A DNA stretch of 32,000 bases from Nostoc punctiforme PCC 73102 (GTDB taxonomy: Bacteria > Cyanobacteriota > Cyanobacteriia > Cyanobacteriales > Nostocaceae), in contig NC_010628.1 in NCBI RefSeq assembly GCF_000020025.1, positions 2,490,001 through 2,522,000 on the forward strand. The letters are read 5' to 3'. Every line of letters begins with the position of its first letter. The first letter of the stretch is position 1. Shown here one piece after another: positions 17,506-25,566 of this stretch. The notes beneath the pieces are model-generated. The model was given only the letters and a program-made list of their open reading frames with translations, searched no databases and was not told the origin of the DNA. The position numbers and the translations under genes were made by a program.

Positions 17506-19266
17506 TTACTTTCCATGAAAAATGAGACTGTTAATCCTACTACCAATGGGTGCTGGACGAGTCGGATCAATAATCACATCAACAACGAATGGAATAGTCA
17601 AGGCTAGTGCTTTTTCTAAAGCCGCTTCTAGATCGCACTCCCTGCTTACACGAATACCATCGGCTCCCATACCACGGGCAATCATCACGAAATCCGGGCT
17701 GGGAATCTCTGCATCCACATTGTGGAACCCCTCCATGTTCATACCTTGGTCGCACATGTTGTAACGTGCATCATTGAGTACAATCCAGACAGCAGGAATT
17801 TTGTGTTTGACGGCGGTAGTAATTTCGTTGTTCATCAGCATGGCACCATCACCGAGAATGGCTACAGCTTTGCGATTTCGCGCCAGTGCGGCACCTAAAA
17901 TACCCGTACCAGCATGTCCCATTGAACCAAATCCAGTACTTACCCGGTAACGCCCTGGTGCAGCAAATCGCAGTATATTTGTTCCCCAAGCAAAGGAGTT
18001 ACCAGCCTCGGTCATGATGATTGCATCGCTATTCTCGACAATTACCCTTTGAATCGCATCCATCAAAAATTCAGGACGTACTAAACCTTCCAGATGGGAC
18101 TTGATGACCTCGCGTTCAGGACGGGGTAGGGGTAACACTGATGAAGAACGAGAGATTTCTGGAAAATACTTCAGTATAGCCCTGACAAAAGCTCCGATAT
18201 CAGACTGAACGGAGAATGTCTCTGCATACGGATAAGCAGCTCCCGGTACTTCTGGGTCGATATCCACATGAACAAACCCCCGTGAAGGAACCATGACTGG
18301 GTTCCAAAATGAAGTAAATTCACCTAACTTAGTTCCCAAAACCAGTACGCGCAAAGGACGCTGTTCCTGCATATATTTGAGAACAGAGTTTTGCCCGCCG
18401 AAGCCAGTCACACCGACAAACTGAGGATGATCCTCAGGAAAGATACCTTTACCACGAGCTGATGACATCACCGCCGCTCCGGTTCTCTCAGCAAGTTGAC
18501 GAATTTCTAAAGCTGCATCTTTAGCACCAAAACCGACCCAAATGGCAAACGGCGCTTCACATAGCAGTTGTAAACATTTGCTGATAGTATCTTCTCCAGC
18601 CGTCACCAAAGTTGGTGAAAAATTCACATGGGGTAATGGTGTTGTTAGCAAACTTGTCTGGATGGTTCTGGGAATACTAATATGGGCGACAAAGCCACCT
18701 AATTTCCCTACACCTAGTGCCAGCCTGCGAGCAATTTCAGAGAGTTCCGAGTTGCATTCAACGGTGGTAGCATAATGAAATAATGTGCCTGAAGTAAAAA
18801 TGCCTGTATTAGACATTGTGTATTGGCTGGTTTCTTGAAAAGCCCAGCGTCCGCGCTGTGTTGCAGAGGTGCAAGGTGATACGAAAATAACTTTTGCTCC
18901 TTCCCAACGAGCCGCAAACAGCCCAGTCAAGGCATTAGTAATACCTGGACCGGTTGTGCTGAACACTACAACAGGATGTCCGCTAGCAAAGTATGACTCA
19001 ATAGCTGCGAATGCTGCTCCGGCTTCATGACGAAATTGCAGCACCTCGATTGAGCTTTGCTCTAGGCTAGCTATGAAGGGTGTGATTCCCCCTCCGAACA
19101 GACCAAAAGCATAGCGGACTCCCAAATTTTCCAGCGTCTTCACTAAAGCTGCTGCAACAGTTAAATCGCTTGTCTGTTCAATTGAGAATAGATCCGATTG
19201 GATAGCAGTGTTTCTCTGCAACTGATCCAATGAATTTAAGGTTTTGGTAATTGTTTCTACGTTCAC
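17506..19266 (-). CDS. Thiamine-diphosphate-dependent enzyme, acetolactate-synthase-like (candidate carboligase/acyloin synthase)
   Basis: The 586-aa ORF has a GTG start. It reads FRHEAGAAFAAIESYFASGHPVVVFSTTGPGITNALTGL (PYR domain with catalytic Glu) and has the ThDP motif GDGAMLMNNEITTAVKHKIPAVWIVLNDARYN. Confidence 0.85.
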   Translation of the reverse strand: MNVETITKTLNSLDQLQRNTAIQSDLFSIEQTSDLTVAAALVKTLENLGVRYAFGLFGGGITPFIASLEQSSIEVLQFRHEAGAAFAAIESYFASGHPVVVFSTTGPGITNALTGLFAARWEGAKVIFVSPCTSATQRGRWAFQETSQYTMSNTGIFTSGTLFHYATTVECNSELSEIARRLALGVGKLGGFVAHISIPRTIQTSLLTTPLPHVNFSPTLVTAGEDTISKCLQLLCEAPFAIWVGFGAKDAALEIRQLAERTGAAVMSSARGKGIFPEDHPQFVGVTGFGGQNSVLKYMQEQRPLRVLVLGTKLGEFTSFWNPVMVPSRGFVHVDIDPEVPGAAYPYAETFSVQSDIGAFVRAILKYFPEISRSSSVLPLPRPEREVIKSHLEGLVRPEFLMDAIQRVIVENSDAIIMTEAGNSFAWGTNILRFAAPGRYRVSTGFGSMGHAGTGILGAALARNRKAVAILGDGAMLMNNEITTAVKHKIPAVWIVLNDARYNMCDQGMNMEGFHNVDAEIPSPDFVMIARGMGADGIRVSRECDLEAALEKALALTIPFVVDVIIDPTRPAPIGSRINSLIFHGK

Positions 19267-19337
19267 GATCGCCTACTTTAATTTTACAAAAAATAAATTA
19301 ACTGGGGAGTAAAAGGGAGATAAAATAACTAACTCCT

Positions 19338-19365
19338 GTACAGACGCGATTAATTGCGTCTCTAC
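19338..19365 (-). repeat. Near-palindromic hairpin downstream of the CoA ligase stop
   Basis: gtacagacgcgattaattgcgtctctac has AGACGC/GCGTCT core arms with flanking GTA/TAC. The following sequence on the minus strand is only moderately T-rich. Confidence 0.5.
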
Positions 19366-19367
19366 TT

Positions 19368-19390
19368 CTAACTCCTAACTCCTAACTCCT
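19368..19390. repeat. Tandem heptamer (AACTCCT)n, about 3.3 copies, overlapping the 3' end and stop of the CoA ligase
   Basis: ctaactcctaactcctaactcct. A further partial copy lies at 19331-19337. The same heptamer occurs at 24048-24061. Confidence 0.8.
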
Positions 19391-20909
19391 GCCTTTTTTC
19401 AACAACCTGAGATATTGATTCCTGACGTAAAAATCGCTTTAATACTTTACCAGTGGAGTTTTTTGGAATTGAGTTTACAAAGTTAATTACACGGGGAACT
19501 TTATAAGCTGCCATCCTTTCATAACAAAAATCAATGATTTGTTGTTCGGTGATTGTCTGACTAGCTTTTAGGATAATATTTGCTTTGACAATCTCGCCTT
19601 TGAGAGGATCGGGAACGCCATATATAGCTACTTCAGCTACTGCTGGGTGTTGATAAATGACATTTTCAACTTCTGTTGGATATACCTTGAATCCAGAAAC
19701 AACGATCATGTCTTTTGAACGGTCAATTACGTAGAAAAAACCGTCTTCATCCATCCGACCAATGTCGCCAGTATGTAACCAACCATTTTTAATTACTTCT
19801 GCGGTTTCAAAAGGGCGGTTCCAATAACCAAGCATGACGTTGGCACCCTTAATTGTTATCTCGCCTAACTCACCTATTTCTACCTGATTACCATCACCAT
19901 CTACAATTTTCATTTCCACATTTGCAATGGGTGTTCCAACGCTACCTAGTTTGTAGTTCAAGTTGTGGTTATAAGCAGCAAATGGCGATGTTTCAGTTAG
20001 GCCATACCCTTCATGGATGACAAATCCAAACTTTTTATACCAATTTTCTGCTACTTGCAATGGCATTGGTGCTGCTGCTGAAAAGTAATAGCGGATGTTT
20101 TCCAGGTTATAGTTAGAAGTATCCATGTTCAGTAGTTTAATGAATACTGTCGGCACACCAAATAGCATTGTTACTTGATGTGTAGTGATGGTTTCTAGAA
20201 CTTGATCTGGGTCAAATCGACGCTGTAAAATGATAGTCGTACAAGCAGAAATACCAGCATTTAGAATTGCATTTTGTCCAAAACAATGGGATAAAGGTAA
20301 GAAAAGCAGTAAGCGATCGCTCTTTTGAATGCGATAGCAACAATTAGCACAATAGCTATTAAAAATAACATTGCCATGAGAAAGTGTAGCACCTTTAGGA
20401 AAGCCTGTAGTACCTGATGTATAAAGGATGCTTGCAGGATCATCGCGACTCATTTCAACGGCGCGTGCTTCAGGAGAAGATTTTGCCATCAGTTGTTTTA
20501 GACTAATACCTTTATTGGCTCTACCTTCTGCAATCAAAATATGTTGCAATTGAGGTAAGTCTGGCTCTTGAATATACTCGGTTTGCGACTCTGTTGTAAT
20601 AATTGCTTTGGCAGCACAATCGTTGAGAATGTATCTAACTTCATCGGTTTTGAGCATAATGTTGATTGAGACAGCAACCGCGCCAATTTTCAGAATGCCA
20701 AGATAAGAAATTACAAATTCTGGAATGTTTGGTAAAAATAAGGCTACACGATCTCTACGTCTAATATCCAAACTGCGTAGACCGTTAGCAACGCGATTTA
20801 CCATTTCATCAAGGTCTTTGTAAGTAAAAGATTCTTCTTCAAAAATTATGGCTGGTTTGTTGGGGAAAAGGTAGCAACTAAGCTCTAGATTTTGGGCAAT
20901 ATTCATCAT
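19368..20909 (-). CDS. AMP-dependent acyl-CoA ligase (4-coumarate/cinnamate-CoA-ligase-like or fatty-acyl-CoA-ligase-like)
   Basis: Adenylate-forming motifs are present: LYTSGTTGFPKGA, HEGYGLTETS, GWLHTGDIGRMDEDGFFYVIDRSKD and GKVLKR. AAGGTGA precedes the ATG. Confidence 0.9.
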   Translation of the reverse strand: MMNIAQNLELSCYLFPNKPAIIFEEESFTYKDLDEMVNRVANGLRSLDIRRRDRVALFLPNIPEFVISYLGILKIGAVAVSINIMLKTDEVRYILNDCAAKAIITTESQTEYIQEPDLPQLQHILIAEGRANKGISLKQLMAKSSPEARAVEMSRDDPASILYTSGTTGFPKGATLSHGNVIFNSYCANCCYRIQKSDRLLLFLPLSHCFGQNAILNAGISACTTIILQRRFDPDQVLETITTHQVTMLFGVPTVFIKLLNMDTSNYNLENIRYYFSAAAPMPLQVAENWYKKFGFVIHEGYGLTETSPFAAYNHNLNYKLGSVGTPIANVEMKIVDGDGNQVEIGELGEITIKGANVMLGYWNRPFETAEVIKNGWLHTGDIGRMDEDGFFYVIDRSKDMIVVSGFKVYPTEVENVIYQHPAVAEVAIYGVPDPLKGEIVKANIILKASQTITEQQIIDFCYERMAAYKVPRVINFVNSIPKNSTGKVLKRFLRQESISQVVEKRQELGVRS

Positions 20910-21080
20910 TGAATCACCTTAATATCTTAATTCGCAATTTGTCATTAAAAAATTTTTGCTTTGCTGATTGAGAGGATGAATTAGTCTCACGCAGAGGCGC
21001 AGAGAACGAGAAAAGAGAAATAAGGGAGTAGTTACATTGAAAGGTATAAATTAGTACCCTAATTCAGCAACACCAATTTT

Positions 21081-21094
21081 TAATTACAAATTAC
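21081..21094. repeat. Two copies of heptamer AATTAC[A/G], overlapping the PAL stop codon
   Basis: aattacaaattacg. The PAL TAA stop (21091-21093) lies inside the second copy. Confidence 0.7.
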
Positions 21095-22800
21095 GTTGAC
21101 TTTAAGCTCGAAAAAATATGCTCAACTGCTTGCACAATTAAACCACCACCAGCGATATCAGCTGAAATCCGGGCAATATGCTCATCTAAACATTGCTCGT
21201 TGTCGTTCCAAATGTATGGACGCACAGACGTTAGTGGCTTTCCAACTACCTCGCAGACTGCTGTGTATAACTGCACAGTATTGGGTGAGAGGCATGTACG
21301 TGCATCATAATGACCTTTCATCTTATATGTGCGGAGGTCAACAGCTTGAACTCCAAACATCAACGCGATCGCCATATAATTCTGAAATATGTCTACGGAA
21401 CGACGTGTCAAATTTGCGGAAATATAGCCTTGGCTGTTAATATTTTGATTAAATTGCTCGGCGTGGGTAGGAAAGCGATCGGCTAGGGAATTTCCATAGA
21501 AGCTCAACAGTGGCATAATCGAGTTTCCACTGATTTGCAAACCTTTGAGTCCCATATTAACTTTGCGATCGCTATTACCAACTAAAGAGGGTGGTAAGCC
21601 GTTGCTAAACTCTGGCGAGACAAGAAGTGCAATCTGCACATCGATGTGTTTGGCCAATAGCCCTATGTAATAACGTAGGCGATCCATTGTCACACCCACA
21701 TACTGTCCGAGAAAATTGCCGCCGTGATAACTAACTTGGTTCTCGACATCAATCAATGGGTTATCGGTGACTGAGTTCATTTCTACCTCGATTTGCTTGG
21801 TAATCTCTGATACCCCATCAACGATTGGCCCTATGAACTGTGCCAGACAGCGGAGAGAATAACGATCCTGTATCAGATCTTTACCACGGTATTCGTGTTT
21901 ACCATCCAACTCTTCACGAACTAAAGATGAATCTTTCAGCAGAGAAAACATTTGATCTGCTGTCCATAGTTGACCGGGATGTGGCTTGCACTGATGAATA
22001 AACGGGTGGAAAGATTGATTCGTTCCGTATAAACCTTGGATGGCTAAGGCGTGTACACCCATTGTCAGAGCGAGCAAAACTTTCGCATCGTACACACAGT
22101 TAGCTGCAATACCTGTCATGACTGAGGTGCCATTCATCATTGCTAAACCTTCTTTCGGTTGCAATTGCAACTTTGGCAAACCCAAACGAGACAAGGCTGT
22201 AACGGCATCCATTTCTTTACCGTCGAAGTCAACTGTAAAGCTAGGATCTAGACCGATTAGTGCCCCAGTAATGTAGGATAATGGCACCAAATCGCCGCTA
22301 GCACCGATAGAGCCAAACTCATAGACATGGGGTGTCACGCCAGCGTTGAGGAAAGTTTCAATCCGCTGAATAAGTTCGAGTCGTATACCAGACGCACCAT
22401 ACAAATGTGAATTTGCACGTAAGAGCATAGCTGCACGCACGTCTGCTAACGATAATTTGTTTCCTGCGCCGGATTTCAGAAACCAAATTAAATTAGTCTG
22501 AAGTTCCGCTGCTTGTTCGCGAGAGATGACAACATCTGCCATACCGCCAAAGCCAGATGTCACCCCGTAAATTGGCTGTGCTGTTTCGACTGCATTGTTA
22601 ATGTAATCACAAGATGCTTGAACACCCCGAATGACATCTGCATTATCAGTTAAGCGCACCTGTGTTCCATGACGAGCAACATTTACAACCTCGTCGATTG
22701 TCAGATTGCGATCGCCTACAGTTACGATTGAATCTGAACTATTAGTGAAAGGTATTTGCCAAGAACGCGTTATGTTCTGTTGTAGAGATGTTATATTCAT
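21091..22800 (-). CDS. pal: Phenylalanine ammonia-lyase (MIO-dependent aromatic amino acid ammonia-lyase)
   Basis: The 569-aa ORF has the MIO-forming triad in GSIGASGDLVPLSYI and the Phe-Leu selectivity pair in NLIWFLKSGAG (PAL-type, not the His-Leu of TAL). Its length and sequence agree with my recollection of the characterised N. punctiforme PAL, and it is very similar to Anabaena variabilis PAL. Confidence 0.93.
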   Translation of the reverse strand: MNITSLQQNITRSWQIPFTNSSDSIVTVGDRNLTIDEVVNVARHGTQVRLTDNADVIRGVQASCDYINNAVETAQPIYGVTSGFGGMADVVISREQAAELQTNLIWFLKSGAGNKLSLADVRAAMLLRANSHLYGASGIRLELIQRIETFLNAGVTPHVYEFGSIGASGDLVPLSYITGALIGLDPSFTVDFDGKEMDAVTALSRLGLPKLQLQPKEGLAMMNGTSVMTGIAANCVYDAKVLLALTMGVHALAIQGLYGTNQSFHPFIHQCKPHPGQLWTADQMFSLLKDSSLVREELDGKHEYRGKDLIQDRYSLRCLAQFIGPIVDGVSEITKQIEVEMNSVTDNPLIDVENQVSYHGGNFLGQYVGVTMDRLRYYIGLLAKHIDVQIALLVSPEFSNGLPPSLVGNSDRKVNMGLKGLQISGNSIMPLLSFYGNSLADRFPTHAEQFNQNINSQGYISANLTRRSVDIFQNYMAIALMFGVQAVDLRTYKMKGHYDARTCLSPNTVQLYTAVCEVVGKPLTSVRPYIWNDNEQCLDEHIARISADIAGGGLIVQAVEHIFSSLKST

Positions 22801-22857
22801 ACACTGGTTATTCTCAAATTTTAACAGGCCTCTATCAAGCCTTTCGGAATGTATCTT

Positions 22858-22911
22858 AATTACGAATTACGTTAGGTAGCGGGGCGTAGCCCATTACGAA
22901 TTACGAATTAC
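22858..22911. repeat. Tandem heptamer (AATTACG)n interrupted by a 21-nt insert
   Basis: aattacgaattacg (22858-22871), then ttaggtagcggggcgtagccc (22872-22892), then attacgaattacgaattac (22893-22911). The array abuts the FabH stop at 22911-22913. Confidence 0.8.
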
Positions 22912-23912
22912 TATAGACCCCACTCAAAAATAGCAGCACCCCAAGAAAGTCCTGCTCCAAACCCAGCTAAAGCAACAACATCGTGCGCTTTAATTTGCCC
23001 TCGCCGAACAGCTTCATCCAAAGCTAGGGGAATTGAAGCAGCAGAAGTATTTCCGTAATTTGCTAAATTGCTAATGATTTTTTCATCAGGAATTCCTAAA
23101 CGTTGAGCCACAGCCTCTAAAATCCGCTGATTGGCCTGATGCATCAATAGCCAGTCTACCTGTTTAACATCCAGACCTGCCCGGAATAGTGCCTTTTCAA
23201 TAACTTCAGGGACTTTTTGAATAGCAAATCGGTAAACTTCTTGTCCGTTCATTGCAATAGGTTTATATGTACCTTGACCAACGCTAATATTATCAACAAG
23301 TACTTTCTCTTCCTCCTGGAATTCCAATTTCAAATGCTGATTTTGCGTGCCATTAGTATGAAGTTGAAAACCAAGGAGATAATCATATTCACTTGCTTGT
23401 AAAACCACTGCTCCTGCTCCATCACCAAATAGAATGCAGGTACGTCGGTCAGACCAATCTACCCACCGTGAAAGAACTTCAGCACCAATGAGAAGAACAT
23501 TTTGATAAGTACCAGTCCGCATAAATTGGGCAGCAGTTACCAAACCAAAAACAAAACCAGAGCAAGCTGCTGTTAAATCAAAAGCTACAGCTTGGGTAGC
23601 TCCGAGTCGAGCTTGGATTTGACTGGCATTACCAAACAAATCATCAGGAGTAGATGTAGCTAAGATAATTAAATCTAAGTCTTGTGCTGTTATACCTGCC
23701 ATATCTATGGCTTTTTGAGCCGCTTCAGTAGCCATAGTTGTGAGCGAGTTTTTGGCTGGAAGAAGATGGCGACGGTGAATTCCTGTGCGAGATTTGATCC
23801 AATCATCACAAGTAACCACCATTTGATTGAGTTGATGATTATCTAAGCACTGATCTGGAACCGCAGAGCCAGTCCCTGTCAAAACAATACCTTGTCTTAC
23901 TAAGGATTTCAT
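22911..23912 (-). CDS. fabH: Beta-ketoacyl-ACP synthase III
   Basis: The 333-aa ORF has a canonical triad context: DLTAACSGFVFGL (Cys), LLMHQANQRI (His) and YGNTSAASIPLALDEA (Asn). Confidence 0.9.
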   Translation of the reverse strand: MKSLVRQGIVLTGTGSAVPDQCLDNHQLNQMVVTCDDWIKSRTGIHRRHLLPAKNSLTTMATEAAQKAIDMAGITAQDLDLIILATSTPDDLFGNASQIQARLGATQAVAFDLTAACSGFVFGLVTAAQFMRTGTYQNVLLIGAEVLSRWVDWSDRRTCILFGDGAGAVVLQASEYDYLLGFQLHTNGTQNQHLKLEFQEEEKVLVDNISVGQGTYKPIAMNGQEVYRFAIQKVPEVIEKALFRAGLDVKQVDWLLMHQANQRILEAVAQRLGIPDEKIISNLANYGNTSAASIPLALDEAVRRGQIKAHDVVALAGFGAGLSWGAAIFEWGL

Positions 23913-23973
23913 CTGCTTTAATTGCTAATTATTTTGTGTAGTTAAAATCTTTGATTCTGCTTTACCTTTGTAA

Positions 23974-24042
23974 GGTGTGTTATGCCGTAGGCTAACGCAC
24001 CATCCTAGATTTTCGGTGCGTTAGCTTACGGCATAACACACC
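23974..24042 (-). repeat. 28-bp-stem hairpin between KAS II and KAS III
   Basis: The arms are 23974-24001 (ggtgtgttatgccgtaggctaacgcacc) and 24015-24042 (ggtgcgttagcttacggcataacacacc). They are complementary apart from one G:T position, with a 13-nt loop. The hairpin starts immediately after the KAS II stop. No T-run follows it on the minus strand. Confidence 0.7.
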
Positions 24043-25311
24043 CTAATAACTCCTAACTCCTAGCTCAAATTTTTTAAAAGCTAAAGAGACATTATGTCCT
24101 CCAAAACCAAAAGAGTTAGAAAGAGCAACATCTACTCTTTGAGTTCGACTTTTATGGGGAACATAGTCTAAATCACAGTTTGGATCTGGCTGTTCTAAAT
24201 TGATTGTTGGTGGAATTAAATCAAGAGCCACACTCTTGACTGTAGCAACAGCTTCGATGCCTCCAGCAGCGCCCAAAAGATGGCCAGTCATTGATTTTGT
24301 GGAACTAATAGGAATTTGGAAAGCGCGATCGCCAAGAGCTTTTTTAATCGCTAAAGTTTCTATGGCATCATTAGCTAAGGTGCTAGTGCCGTGAGCATTA
24401 ATATAACTGACTTCGTTGGGGAATATGCCACCATCTTTTAAAGCTAGTTCCATAGCTCTCATGACTCCCTCTCCGCTAGGAGTTGGAGCAGTCATGTGGT
24501 AAGCATCACAAGTCAGACCATAACCAACAATTTCTGCATAGATTTTTGCTCCACGGCCAAGAGCGTGTTCTAATTCCTCTAAGAATAAAATGCCTGCTCC
24601 TTCTCCCATCACAAAACCATTGCGATCACGATCGAACGGACGAGAGGCACGGGTGGGTTCTTCATTTGCGGTTGATAGCGTCTTGGCAGAACCGAAGGCA
24701 GCTATAGACAGAGGTGTAATCACAGCTTCTGTACCACCACAAATCATTCCTAAAGCATGACCTAACTGAATTGAGCGAAAAGCTTCTCCGATAGCATTAC
24801 CTCCAGCAGCGCAAGCTGAAACAGTACAAAAGTTTGGCCCTTTAGCTCCTGTGTAAATTGCTATTAGTCCAGCTGCCATGTTAGCTATTGTCATCGGCAC
24901 TGTAAAAGGACTACAGCGTTTAGATCCCTGAGTCAGGAGAACTTTTTCTTGCTCCTCTACAGTATAGAGGCCGCCCATACCGTTGCCCACAATAACGCCC
25001 ACTTGAGTAGCATTAGAGTCATTAATTTCAAAACCAGCATCGGCGATCGCTTGAAGACTTGCAGAGATTCCAAATTGAGCAAAACGAGATATATGCTTAA
25101 CATCTTTGCGTTCTAGATAATCATAAGGGTTAAAGTCTCTAACTTCGCCTGCAATTCTACATATATGCAAAGAAGCATCAAATTGGGTAATCAAATCAAT
25201 TCCACTTCGTCCCGCAATCAATCCTTCCCAATATTCCTTGATGGTATTTCCTAAAGGGGTAATAGCTCCCATACCTGTAACTACAACCCGCCGGATATTT
25301 TTGCTAATCAT
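24043..25311 (-). CDS. fabF: Beta-ketoacyl-ACP synthase II
   Basis: The 422-aa ORF reads VSACAAGGNAIGEAF (Cys), YHMTAP (His), INAHGTST (His) and SSTKSMTGH. The end FGFGGHNVSLAFKKF is followed by a 7-aa tail ELGVRSY encoded by heptamer repeats. Confidence 0.92.
   Translation of the reverse strand: MISKNIRRVVVTGMGAITPLGNTIKEYWEGLIAGRSGIDLITQFDASLHICRIAGEVRDFNPYDYLERKDVKHISRFAQFGISASLQAIADAGFEINDSNATQVGVIVGNGMGGLYTVEEQEKVLLTQGSKRCSPFTVPMTIANMAAGLIAIYTGAKGPNFCTVSACAAGGNAIGEAFRSIQLGHALGMICGGTEAVITPLSIAAFGSAKTLSTANEEPTRASRPFDRDRNGFVMGEGAGILFLEELEHALGRGAKIYAEIVGYGLTCDAYHMTAPTPSGEGVMRAMELALKDGGIFPNEVSYINAHGTSTLANDAIETLAIKKALGDRAFQIPISSTKSMTGHLLGAAGGIEAVATVKSVALDLIPPTINLEQPDPNCDLDYVPHKSRTQRVDVALSNSFGFGGHNVSLAFKKFELGVRSY
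24048..24061. repeat. Two copies of heptamer AACTCCT inside the 3' end of KAS II
   Basis: aactcctaactcct. It has the same unit and orientation as the array at 19368-19390. Confidence 0.7.
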
Positions 25312-25320
25312 AAGTAAAAC

Positions 25321-25566
25321 TCAAATAAAAACTTTCTGATTGATGTAATTAACGATTTGTTGTACTGTTACAAGTTGCTTTGCTTCCCGATGAGGAATTT
25401 TTGTATTGAAAGTATCCTCTAGTGTTTGGAACATTGCTATCAAGTCTAAATAATCTGCCCCTAAATCTTGAATAAGATTAGCATCTAGGGTGATTTTTTG
25501 CTGTTCATTTGCTAATTCTTTGGCAACAACAGCTTGGACTGTGTTAAATATATCTTGTTGGGTCAT
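25321..25566 (-). CDS. Acyl carrier protein homologue lacking the phosphopantetheine-attachment serine
   Basis: The 81-aa ORF has the helix II motif LIQDLGADYLDLIAMFQTLED, against canonical DLGADSLD. The Tyr codon TAT is at 25450-25452. The protein contains no Ser. AAGAGG precedes the ATG, and its stop is 9 nt before the KAS II start. Confidence 0.75.
   Translation of the reverse strand: MTQQDIFNTVQAVVAKELANEQQKITLDANLIQDLGADYLDLIAMFQTLEDTFNTKIPHREAKQLVTVQQIVNYINQKVFI

Noticed and set aside
21091-22800. Alternative call of the ammonia-lyase as histidine ammonia-lyase (HutH) or tyrosine ammonia-lyase.
   Set aside because: The selectivity position reads Phe-Leu (WFLK), which is PAL-type. No hut genes are nearby, and the length and sequence match my recollection of the characterised cyanobacterial PALs.
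19368-22911. Heptamer arrays as possible CRISPR or other spacer-repeat arrays.
   Set aside because: The units are 7 nt and directly tandem, without spacers. There are only 2-4 copies, and no cas genes are present. They fit cyanobacterial short tandem repeats.
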